Origin: an uncultured Thermoplasmatales archaeon
GTDB lineage: Archaea; Thermoplasmatota; E2; DHVEG-1
Length of the DNA: 64,000 bases
NCBI GenBank assembly: GCA_964638175.1
Contig: CAZWZY010000007.1
Span: forward strand, 2,071 to 66,070
Direction: 5' to 3'
In this document: positions 50,640 to 59,205 of the stretch, piece by piece
Position numbering within the stretch: position 1 is the stretch's first letter
Layout: the number at the start of each line of letters is the position of its first letter
The notes under the pieces: generated by a model
What the model saw: only the letters and a program-made list of their open reading frames with translations
What the model was told of the DNA's origin: nothing
Database searches by the model: none
Position numbers and translations under genes: made by a program

Positions 50640-51326
50640 ATGATAAAATATATGTTAGAGAATAGAGAAAGGATACTATTTGCTATGGCACTCATTGCTA
50701 TTGGATCGTTGATGAGAATACTGTTGCACAACAATCTTCCGGGTTCGCCATCTATGTATATTTCCATAAATGGGATGACTCAACCGATGTTTATGTTGGA
50801 CCTGTTTTTTGTTGTTGCCATCATATCTCTCTTGAGTGGAATGTTGCTTGGAGGATACTATACTTTTATTGTTCCTATTTTAACCATGGTAATCTCTGAT
50901 ATCATAATTGGTAACAATTGGATCTTACTGTTTACCTGGTCGGGTTTTGTGGTCCTTGGACTTATAGGCTATCTGCTTAAAACGAAAAAATGTTTAACAC
51001 TCAAACGCGTACCAACAATACTGGGAGCAGGTGTCGGAGGGATATTGTTGTACGACATCTGGACAAATTTTGGAACCTGGCTCGGTGGCTGGTATTCACA
51101 TACCTGGGCAGGTCTTGGACTCTGCTATACCAATGCATTGCCTTTTATGTTCTGGCATCTTCTATCAACAACACTCGCAATCACGCTTATCATTGTTCCC
51201 ATGATATATCTCAAGGAGCATAGGCTAACCATTCCTGATTTTCAGATCCAACCATCGGAGAGAAAGATATCACTTATTATACCAGCAGCATTAGTGATTT
51301 TGGCACTTATCAGCATTCTGGTGTAA
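50640..51326 (+). CDS. ECF-transporter S-component-like membrane protein
   Basis: It has 6 TM helices. It lies downstream of the DUF4430 gene, a pairing common with ECF S components. Confidence 0.4.
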   Translation: MIKYMLENRERILFAMALIAIGSLMRILLHNNLPGSPSMYISINGMTQPMFMLDLFFVVAIISLLSGMLLGGYYTFIVPILTMVISDIIIGNNWILLFTWSGFVVLGLIGYLLKTKKCLTLKRVPTILGAGVGGILLYDIWTNFGTWLGGWYSHTWAGLGLCYTNALPFMFWHLLSTTLAITLIIVPMIYLKEHRLTIPDFQIQPSERKISLIIPAALVILALISILV

Positions 51327-51387
51327 AAACACCAGATTTTTCTTTTTGTGCAAAACCCTATAAACAAAGGAATAATTTCAGGTTCAT

Positions 51388-53118
51388 ATGATTTATCCGT
51401 TGGTGGAGGCTGAAAAAGAGATATGTTCAGTGCTTAAACAATCACTCGCTATGTTAAACTATAGTTGCAAAACAATAAAGTTGGAAATTCCGCCAAAAGA
51501 TATGGGCGACTTTGCCTTTCCCTGTTTTTTATTTGCACCAATCGCAAAAAAGTCACCCCAACAGATCGCCCAGGAAATTTCCAGAGAACTTAAGCAGAGT
51601 TCTTGGATGGAGCGAGTTGAAGTTCATGGAGGATATGTGAATTTTTTTGTTGACATGAAGCGGCTAGCAACAGGTATCCTAAAAGGAATCGCAGAGCAAA
51701 AAGAGAACTATGGAACCTTACCGAAAAAAAAGAAAAAAGTTATCGTTGAGCATACATCTGCTAATCCGAATGGCCCGTTACATGTTGGACGAGCAAGAAA
51801 TCCAATTATTGGCGACACCATGGCAAGAATTTTTACAGCTGCAGGGTATGATGTAGAAACACAATTTTATCTTGACGATATGGGGAAACAAGTCGCTATT
51901 CTTGCTTGGGGTGTCGATAATTTAGATGCACATGCGGTTCCGCCTACATCGAGCAAAAAACCTGATCATGAGACCGTTGGATATTATCAGGTTGCCAGTT
52001 CAAAAATGAAAGAAGATGAAACCATCGCCAACGACATTGGTAAGATGGTGAAACAAAGTGAAATGGGCGATATGGAAACAATCGAGCGTATACACCAAGC
52101 ATACAATCCTGTATTGCAGGGAATCAATGAAAGTCTCAAACGCATTAACATTGGGATTGACACCTATATCCCTGAGTCCAGCTTCGTAAAAGATAAAAGT
52201 GTTGATCTCGTAGTAAAAAAACTGAAACAAGTGCCCTATTGTCATCAGGAAGAAGGAGCATACTATTTAGATTTGGAACCCTTTGACATCAAAGGGAGAA
52301 ATACAAAATTCTTCTTTATGAGAAGTGATGGAACAACTCTATACGCCACCAGAGATATTGCGTATCATCTCTGGAAAGCACAACACGCAGACATGCTCGT
52401 GAACATATTGGGGGAAGATCACAAACTTGAATCTAAACAAGTCGAAATTGCACTCAAACTTTTAAATGCATCATTACTACCTCATGTCATCTTTTATTCA
52501 TTTGTCTCTCTTCCCGGTGGAAAGATGTCTACAAGACGCGGACGTGTAGTGTATCTTGACGACCTCATCGATGAATGCATCAAACGAGCGTATGATGAAG
52601 TGAGCAAACGGAGAAGCAAAGAATTGTCTAAAGAGAAGATGAACACTATCGCAGATACCGTAGGAATCGGAGCATTACGATATAATATTATTAAAGTGCA
52701 ACCTGAGAAAGATATTGTTTTTACTTGGGAGGAAGCATTAAACTTCGAAGGTAATGCTGCCCCCTTTATCCAATATGCTCATGCTCGATGCTGTAGCATA
52801 CTTGCAAAGAAGAAAGACGACATACGACACATAGATGCAACACTCTTAACCCACGAATCAGAGACCAAGCTGATTAAAAAACTTGGACAGCTCCCTCTTG
52901 TCATTGATCAAGCATGCCACGGATACCGCCCGCACAATCTTGCTACCTATGTGTACGAAGTAGCCTCACAATTCAATCAATTTTATAGGGACTGTCCAGT
53001 TCTCCCAGAAAAAAATAAAAAACGAAGAGCTGCACGACTGGCACTAGTTGATGGAACTCGAGTGGTTCTCGATAATGGGCTACGACTCCTGGGAATCACG
53101 GCACCCGAGGAAATGTAG
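51388..53118 (+). CDS. argS: Arginyl-tRNA synthetase
   Basis: It has the HIGH-region variant PLHVGRARN, KMSK as GKMSTRRG, and a DALR anticodon-binding C-terminus. Confidence 0.95.
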   Translation: MIYPLVEAEKEICSVLKQSLAMLNYSCKTIKLEIPPKDMGDFAFPCFLFAPIAKKSPQQIAQEISRELKQSSWMERVEVHGGYVNFFVDMKRLATGILKGIAEQKENYGTLPKKKKKVIVEHTSANPNGPLHVGRARNPIIGDTMARIFTAAGYDVETQFYLDDMGKQVAILAWGVDNLDAHAVPPTSSKKPDHETVGYYQVASSKMKEDETIANDIGKMVKQSEMGDMETIERIHQAYNPVLQGINESLKRINIGIDTYIPESSFVKDKSVDLVVKKLKQVPYCHQEEGAYYLDLEPFDIKGRNTKFFFMRSDGTTLYATRDIAYHLWKAQHADMLVNILGEDHKLESKQVEIALKLLNASLLPHVIFYSFVSLPGGKMSTRRGRVVYLDDLIDECIKRAYDEVSKRRSKELSKEKMNTIADTVGIGALRYNIIKVQPEKDIVFTWEEALNFEGNAAPFIQYAHARCCSILAKKKDDIRHIDATLLTHESETKLIKKLGQLPLVIDQACHGYRPHNLATYVYEVASQFNQFYRDCPVLPEKNKKRRAARLALVDGTRVVLDNGLRLLGITAPEEM

Positions 53119-53119
53119 T

Positions 53120-53944
53120 ATGGTTTACAAATGTGTGCACTATCCGTCTTTGCTTCACACTATCACTACTACAGACCATCTTTTTTCTGGAACGTATACG
53201 CTTGATCCCTACCAAAATTGTGAATTTAGATGTCGATATTGTGATTCGGCAGAAGATACAACGGTCTACATCAAAGCCAATGCTGTCGATCAATTACAGC
53301 AAGAACTACCTACGAAAAAAAAGGGAATGATTATCGTTGGATCTGTTCATGATCCATATCAACCAATAGAAGCATCGTATTGTCTTACACAATCCTTATT
53401 AAAAGTTATTAAAGAAGAGGAATTCCCCTGCCATATTCTTACCAAGTCCTCATTGATACTACGAGATATCGATGTACTCTCAACCATGAACGAATGTTTG
53501 GCCACTATAAGCATTCCTACACTAAATGAATCAATAACCAACATATTTGAAAAACGTGTGCCAACACCTAGCGAGCGGCTACAAGTTGTGCAAAAGTTGT
53601 CTAACTCTGGAGTGATTGCTGGAGTGGCTGTTATACCAATACTCCCCTTTATTGTAGAAAAAGAACTAGGAGGATTGGTCAAGGAAGCAAAAGATCACGA
53701 TGCGCACTACATCCTCCATAAACATCTTGAATTGAGAGGAGATCAAAAAGCCAAATACTTGGAAGTTATTAAAACATATTTTCCTCGTTTAATGTCGCAC
53801 TATGAGCAACTCTACAACAACCAATATATGCCACATAAAAAATATCTGCAGGACCTCGAGAATATGATGGCATCATATTGTAAACACTACAACATACCAA
53901 ATAAAATAGAGTCAGGGCATCGAGAAAAGACAGCGTTTAAATAG
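53120..53944 (+). CDS. Radical SAM enzyme, SPL-like (COG1533) family, paralog of 31438..32577 without the HhH tail
   Basis: It has NCEFRCRYCD (Cx3Cx2C). I chose the ATG at 53120, directly after the argS stop. The ORF-track start at 53048 overlaps argS. Confidence 0.55.
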   Translation: MVYKCVHYPSLLHTITTTDHLFSGTYTLDPYQNCEFRCRYCDSAEDTTVYIKANAVDQLQQELPTKKKGMIIVGSVHDPYQPIEASYCLTQSLLKVIKEEEFPCHILTKSSLILRDIDVLSTMNECLATISIPTLNESITNIFEKRVPTPSERLQVVQKLSNSGVIAGVAVIPILPFIVEKELGGLVKEAKDHDAHYILHKHLELRGDQKAKYLEVIKTYFPRLMSHYEQLYNNQYMPHKKYLQDLENMMASYCKHYNIPNKIESGHREKTAFK

Positions 53945-53964
53945 ATAAACAAAAATCACCTTCT

Positions 53965-55053
53965 GTGAAACAAACATATCGTCTCGACTGCGTCTCTTGG
54001 GAAATCACCTTACGATGTAATTTACGATGTTTTCACTGTGAATTTTCTGCAGGAAAACCAGCCCCTGATGAATTAACGAAAGAAGAAGCATTGTCGCTTT
54101 GTGACGAACTGGCGGAATTAGGATGCAAACGCGTTATTTTGATGGGCGGAGAAGTTTTTCTACGAAAGGATTGGTATCAGATTGCGGAAAAAATCAAACA
54201 GCTACATATGGAAGTAGCATTTATTACTAATGGATATCTTCTCAATGATCGTTTGATTGAGCAATTACAGCACCTTCAACCGGCATTTATTGGAGTGAGC
54301 ATTGATGGGGGAACTGCTGAAACTCATGATAAAATACGGGGCATTGCGGGTTCCTTCGACCGAGCGCTTCACTTTGTCGATTACTGTATAAATGCGCATC
54401 TTCCTGTCATTGTTATTACTTCTGTCCACAAGCTCAATATTGCCGAGCTTCCTCTCTTAAGAGACATTCTTATCACTAGGGACCTTTTTCGTTGGGAGAT
54501 TCAAATTACAGATGTTGAGGGGCGATTTCCAAAAGACTATCTTGTTGATGAACATGAGTTCTATGAAGTTGGAAAATTCATCGCTTGCACTCAGAAGGAA
54601 TATCCAAAAGGGAAGCATGTTGTCAGTGGTGCCCACGACATGGGGTACAACTCCTCAGTATTGCCAGAGTTAACAGGGTTCCCTAGATGGACTGGTTGCC
54701 CCGCTGGCAAAACAATGATGGCGATTGAAAGTAATGGTGGCATTAAAGGATGTTCTGCGCAAACAGGCGATTTTGTTGAAGACAACATCAGAAATCGCAG
54801 TATTAAGAAAATCTGGAACGATCCACATTCGTTTGCCTACAACCGACAATTTACAAAACAGAATTTACAAGGATATTGTAGACAATGCAAATACGGAGAA
54901 ACATGCAAAGGAGGGTGTGTAGAAACGTCATATATGCTAACTGGTAATATACATGGTGATCCTTATTGTTTTCATCGAATTGAAGAAGAATCTAGAAAAT
55001 GCAATGAAAAAAAGACTCTGGCATCTGATTTGTTCCAAAATGAACAAATATAG
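53965..55053 (+). CDS. Radical SAM/SPASM-domain peptide-maturase-like enzyme 1
   Basis: It has an N-terminal CNLRCFHC (Cx3Cx2C at residues 18-25), a GGE-like SAM motif (MGGEVF), and a C-terminal Cys cluster (GCPAG...C...CRQCKYGETCKGGC). Confidence 0.75.
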   Translation: MKQTYRLDCVSWEITLRCNLRCFHCEFSAGKPAPDELTKEEALSLCDELAELGCKRVILMGGEVFLRKDWYQIAEKIKQLHMEVAFITNGYLLNDRLIEQLQHLQPAFIGVSIDGGTAETHDKIRGIAGSFDRALHFVDYCINAHLPVIVITSVHKLNIAELPLLRDILITRDLFRWEIQITDVEGRFPKDYLVDEHEFYEVGKFIACTQKEYPKGKHVVSGAHDMGYNSSVLPELTGFPRWTGCPAGKTMMAIESNGGIKGCSAQTGDFVEDNIRNRSIKKIWNDPHSFAYNRQFTKQNLQGYCRQCKYGETCKGGCVETSYMLTGNIHGDPYCFHRIEEESRKCNEKKTLASDLFQNEQI

Positions 55054-55113
55054 TGATTTTTATTTAAAAAAAAGCAAAATCTATTTATAGCGGAAAATAA
55101 TCAATTAGTTACT

Positions 55114-55329
55114 ATGCAAACCAAAAAAGACATCTATGAAATTGGGAAAGCACTCGGCTTGAATAAAAATGATATTGATGAGGTCTTATCGGCGAGTTTC
55201 CAAAGAAATGCAAATGCTGATGCTTCTGCAGATGTCTATAAAGCAGGCACTCGGTACGGAACCGTGAGCTCAGCTGACATCTATAAAGCCGGTACACGAT
55301 ACGGTACCATTAGTATCAACAATTTCTAG
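55114..55329 (+). CDS. Candidate RiPP precursor peptide A (leader + 2 tandem 15-aa core repeats)
   Basis: The 71-aa sequence is MQTKKDIYEIGKALGLNKNDIDEVLSASFQRNANADASA-DVYKAGTRYGTVSSA-DIYKAGTRYGTISINNF. Its leader is conserved with peptide B. Confidence 0.6.
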   Translation: MQTKKDIYEIGKALGLNKNDIDEVLSASFQRNANADASADVYKAGTRYGTVSSADIYKAGTRYGTISINNF

Positions 55330-55390
55330 AGGAACATAGTATCAAAAACAGTAACCTGTTTTGTTTATTTATAGATATAAAAAGGATGTG

Positions 55391-56444
55391 ATGCCCCATT
55401 CCCGATAAATACAAATATCCTCCTGGACAAGTTGTCTGGGAACTGACGCTTCGATGTAATTTACGTTGCATGCATTGTGGTTCTTCAGCAGGAAAAAATC
55501 GAGAAGATGAACTTACGACTGAAGAAGCATTATCCCTTTGTGAGGATCTTGCAAAACTCAATGCTCAAGAAGTTTGTTTAATGGGAGGAGAACCATTCAT
55601 TCGAAAGGATTGGTACATCATTGGTAAAAAAATCCGTGAATTGGGAATGAAGTTGATGGTTATTTCAAATGGATACAATATCAATAAAGATATTATTGAA
55701 AAACTGATAGAACTTCAACCTTATGCTGTCTCCACAAGTCTTGATGGTGCAACTGCTAAGATCCATGACCATATACGGGGAGTAAAGGGATCTTTTGACA
55801 AGGTCATGGAATATATTTCATTATCAAAAGAAGCAGGTCTTCCAACGACAGTTATCACTACTGTGAGTAAAATAAATTTCCATGAACTGCCGGGAATCAG
55901 AGATTTTTTGCTTGATAAGCGCATTGCATGGCAAATTCAAGTCGCTACTCCAGAAGGAAGATTTCCTAAAGAATATGCATTATCAAAAGAAGAGTACTAT
56001 TCTGTTGCATTATTTATTGCATCCATGCAGAAGAAATACAAAAAAGGAGAGCTTCCTGTTATTGGTGCTCACTGTTTTGGCTATCACTCAAGAAGGTTTC
56101 CCTCTCTTGGATTGTATCCAACCTGGATGGGATGCCCTGCAGGTATCGTCGTACTGAGTGTGAAGAGTAATGGCGATGTCATTGGTTGTCTTGCTGCACC
56201 AAATACGCTTATTGAAGGAAATATTCGAAAGAGAAGTATCATTGATATTTGGAATGACCCTAACGCGTTTTCTTATAATCGAAACTTCAAAATTGAGGAT
56301 TTAGGTGAAAACTGCAAAGGATGTAAATATGGTGAAACCTGTCGAGGGGGATGCTGCGGATTATCAATGGGATTTACAGGAGAAATCCACAACCATCCAT
56401 ATTGTTTCTATAAAATAGAACCAGAATTATTAGATGAACAGTAG
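55391..56444 (+). CDS. Radical SAM/SPASM enzyme 2 (start disrupted by apparent 1-nt insertion in a C4 run)
   Basis: The frame containing CNLRCMHC is open from 55392 but has no start codon. The ATG at 55391 is +1 out of frame: ATGCCCCATTCCC reads in frame, as M-P-I-P-D-K-Y..., only if one C is removed. The ORF-track start at 55470 would delete the first Cys of the motif. Confidence 0.6.
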
Positions 56445-56458
56445 AGAGAATAGAAAAT

Positions 56459-57493
56459 ATGGCCCAAACCATCTATAATAATCCAGATATTGTTGTATGG
56501 GAAGTTACGCTACAATGTAATCTCAAGTGTTTACATTGTGGCTCCTCTGCTGGAAAGACTCGGAAAGACGAACTTACTACCAAAGAAGCATTGCAGCTCT
56601 GTGATGATCTAGCTGATCTTCGGTTCAAAGGCATTGCTTTAATGGGCGGAGAAGTCTTTTTACGAAAGGATTGGAAGCTCCTTGCAAAAAAAATTAAAGA
56701 CCGGAGAATGAAGCTCTCCATCATCTCAAATGGATTTTTTGATCCCAAGAACATTATCTCTGATCTTGTCGACATAGGAGCTGATTGTGTTATGGTCGGC
56801 TTTGATGGGGCTTCCCCTGAAACACAAGACAAAATACGTGGGGTTAAAGGTTCCTTTACAAAAGCAGTTTCTTTTGTCCGTGCAGCAAAGAAAGCTGGAC
56901 TGACTATTGGGGTTATCACAACGGTGCATAAACTAAATTTCAATGAACTTCCTGCCATTCGGGATTTTGTACTTGCTGAAGAAGTTGATTGGCAAATTCA
57001 GCCAGCAACCGTTATTGGACGCTTTCCCAGAGAGTTAGTACTTTCTGACAAAGAATATTATGCTCTTGGCATCTTTATCCACTCGTTACAGAAGAAATAT
57101 GCAGAAAAGCCATTTACCATTGTTGGTGCCCATAATTTAGGATTTCATTCTCAACGCATTCCTCCCTTGAGTTTTTATCCTGAATGGGACGGATGTTATG
57201 CAGGGAAAACAGTGTTGGGCGTCCAGAGTAACGGAAATGTGAAGGGATGTCTTGCCATGTCTGATAAATTTACCGAAGGAAACCTTCGAGAAAAAAGTAT
57301 CAAAGAAATCTGGAATGACCCTAACGCGTTTTCTTATAATCGAAACTTCAAAATTGAGGATTTAGGTGAAAACTGCAAAGGATGTAAATATGGAGAAACA
57401 TGCAAAGGTGGTTGTACAACTCGATCAGACACACTTACAGGAAAACCACACAATGATCCGTTATGCTTTTTTCGATTTGAGAACAATCTTTAA
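56459..57493 (+). CDS. Radical SAM/SPASM enzyme 3
   Basis: It has CNLKCLHC at residues 20-27 and a C-terminal CKGCKYGETCKGGC. About 85 nt are identical with enzyme 2 near the C-terminus. Confidence 0.75.
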   Translation: MAQTIYNNPDIVVWEVTLQCNLKCLHCGSSAGKTRKDELTTKEALQLCDDLADLRFKGIALMGGEVFLRKDWKLLAKKIKDRRMKLSIISNGFFDPKNIISDLVDIGADCVMVGFDGASPETQDKIRGVKGSFTKAVSFVRAAKKAGLTIGVITTVHKLNFNELPAIRDFVLAEEVDWQIQPATVIGRFPRELVLSDKEYYALGIFIHSLQKKYAEKPFTIVGAHNLGFHSQRIPPLSFYPEWDGCYAGKTVLGVQSNGNVKGCLAMSDKFTEGNLREKSIKEIWNDPNAFSYNRNFKIEDLGENCKGCKYGETCKGGCTTRSDTLTGKPHNDPLCFFRFENNL

Positions 57494-57617
57494 GTTCCTA
57501 GTTGTTATAACAATTGTACAAAAGAAGCAAAATTCCGTCAAAAAACGTTGATTATAAGGAAAAGTATATATAACAACAAATTTATTTAATATTATAAATA
57601 AAATTGGTGAACAAGGT

Positions 57618-57872
57618 ATGAATAAGAAAATATATGCAATCGCAAAAAACCTTGGCCTGGAGAAAAAGGATGTTGATGGTGTGCTTTCTGGTGCAGCTTC
57701 ATCTCCAAGAAATGACAATGTTTCTGCAGATGTGTATAAAGCAGGAACTGAATATGGAACCGTTAGTGCCAAAGATGTGTATAAAGCAGGGACGTACTAC
57801 GGAACTGTAAGCTCAAAAGATCTCTATAAAGCAGGTACTTATTACGGGACCATAAGCGTCAAGGATTTTTAA
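57618..57872 (+). CDS. Candidate RiPP precursor peptide B (leader + 3 tandem 15-aa core repeats)
   Basis: The 84-aa sequence is MNKKIYAIAKNLGLEKKDVDGVLSGAASSPRNDNVSA-DVYKAGTEYGTVSAK-DVYKAGTYYGTVSSK-DLYKAGTYYGTISVKDF. Confidence 0.6.
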   Translation: MNKKIYAIAKNLGLEKKDVDGVLSGAASSPRNDNVSADVYKAGTEYGTVSAKDVYKAGTYYGTVSSKDLYKAGTYYGTISVKDF

Positions 57873-58002
57873 TATAAGATAAATATAAAATAACATGGCA
57901 ACAATACCGTTGCTCTCTTTTTTATTACGTTAGTGTAGCATAAAAATGTTGCAAGTATGCAACAGAGTATTTAAATTAGAGTACATCATAAGAGGGAAAA
58001 TC

Positions 58003-59190
58003 ATGAGCGACGATGAAAATCCGCTTGCCCAACCAGTTGTAATTAAAGGTGTACACATAAAAAATCGACTTGTTAAATCTGCAACACAAGAAAGCATGAC
58101 TGATGGACAAGGAGGTATTACGAATGCCTATAAAGAATACTATGAAAGGCTCAGTAGAGGCGGTGTAGGCCTCATCATTACTGGCCATATGTATGTAAAA
58201 GAAAACGGAAAACTCCCTGGAATGGTTGGTATTGAAAAGGATGAGCGGATTTCTCCGTTACGCCAAGTAATAAAATACGTACACCAGAATAATTCAGTAA
58301 TATTTGCTCAAGTAAATTACGCTAATCTAAAAAAAATTATTGAAAAAAAGTCTGGTAAAAAAGAGTGGTTACCAAACACGCTAAGTAAGGAGAGTATTGA
58401 AGAAATAATCGACTGTTTTGGAAAAGCCGCTGCTCGTATCAAAAAAGCTGGATTTGACGGGATACAACTTCATGCTGCCCATTCATATCTTTTGGCACAA
58501 TTTCTTTCAAAAAAAGTAAACCAGCGCCAAGATAAGTATGGTGGTAGCTTATCAAACAGGCAAAGACTCTGCCTTGAGGTGTATCAGGCTATTCGTGAGA
58601 GCGTTGGAGAAGAGTTCCCAGTAATAGTCAAACTCGATTCATACTCTCGCTCATTTGTGACAGTTCCCCCGCTTGTAAAGACGATTACTCTACAAGAATC
58701 GTTATATACAGCAAAAAAACTTGAAGAACGGGGGGTAGATGCCATTGAAGTGACGTGTTTTCTGGCTACTCGAGGGGCACTACCCTATAAACAAAAACAT
58801 ATCGATTGGTTGAAAACACAAGGAAAAGAAACAAGGGCAAACATAGTTGGTGTGCTCTTAACACCAATCGATTTAGTAATAAACCATCCACAGTGGTTTA
58901 AACCGCATCAGAATATTGCTCATATTAAAGCGTTTAAGCAGCATCTTCATATTCCTATCCTAGCAGGGAGTTGTTTTCGGGATCCCATTTATATGAAGAA
59001 GGTAATAACAAATAACGAAGCAGACATGATTTGTCTTGCCCGCCCCTTGATTTACGACCCTGATTTTCCAAATGCCATATTAAATGGAGATGAATCTCAC
59101 TCGAAATGTCGCAATTGTAATCTCTGCTCATTGTGTTTACCTCCAAATGAACGGCCCTTGTACTGTGTATACACTCAACGACATAAATAA
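58003..59190 (+). CDS. Old-yellow-enzyme-family NAD(P)H:flavin oxidoreductase (TIM barrel)
   Basis: It has OYE/2,4-dienoyl-reductase-like motifs (HMYV, HAAHSYLLAQFLS, KYGGSL). I used the internal start MSDDE. Confidence 0.65.
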   Translation: MSDDENPLAQPVVIKGVHIKNRLVKSATQESMTDGQGGITNAYKEYYERLSRGGVGLIITGHMYVKENGKLPGMVGIEKDERISPLRQVIKYVHQNNSVIFAQVNYANLKKIIEKKSGKKEWLPNTLSKESIEEIIDCFGKAAARIKKAGFDGIQLHAAHSYLLAQFLSKKVNQRQDKYGGSLSNRQRLCLEVYQAIRESVGEEFPVIVKLDSYSRSFVTVPPLVKTITLQESLYTAKKLEERGVDAIEVTCFLATRGALPYKQKHIDWLKTQGKETRANIVGVLLTPIDLVINHPQWFKPHQNIAHIKAFKQHLHIPILAGSCFRDPIYMKKVITNNEADMICLARPLIYDPDFPNAILNGDESHSKCRNCNLCSLCLPPNERPLYCVYTQRHK

Positions 59191-59205
59191 ACGAGAAAAA
59201 GAACA

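Noticed and set aside
53048-53119. ORF-track start of the SPL-like rSAM gene overlapping the last 70 nt of argS
   Set aside because: An ATG at 53120 immediately after the argS stop gives a non-overlapping gene, and the upstream extension has no homology support.
55470-55472. ATG at 55470 as the start of the middle rSAM enzyme
   Set aside because: It would begin with MHC and delete the first Cys of the essential Cx3Cx2C motif. The upstream frame is open and encodes the conserved N-terminus.
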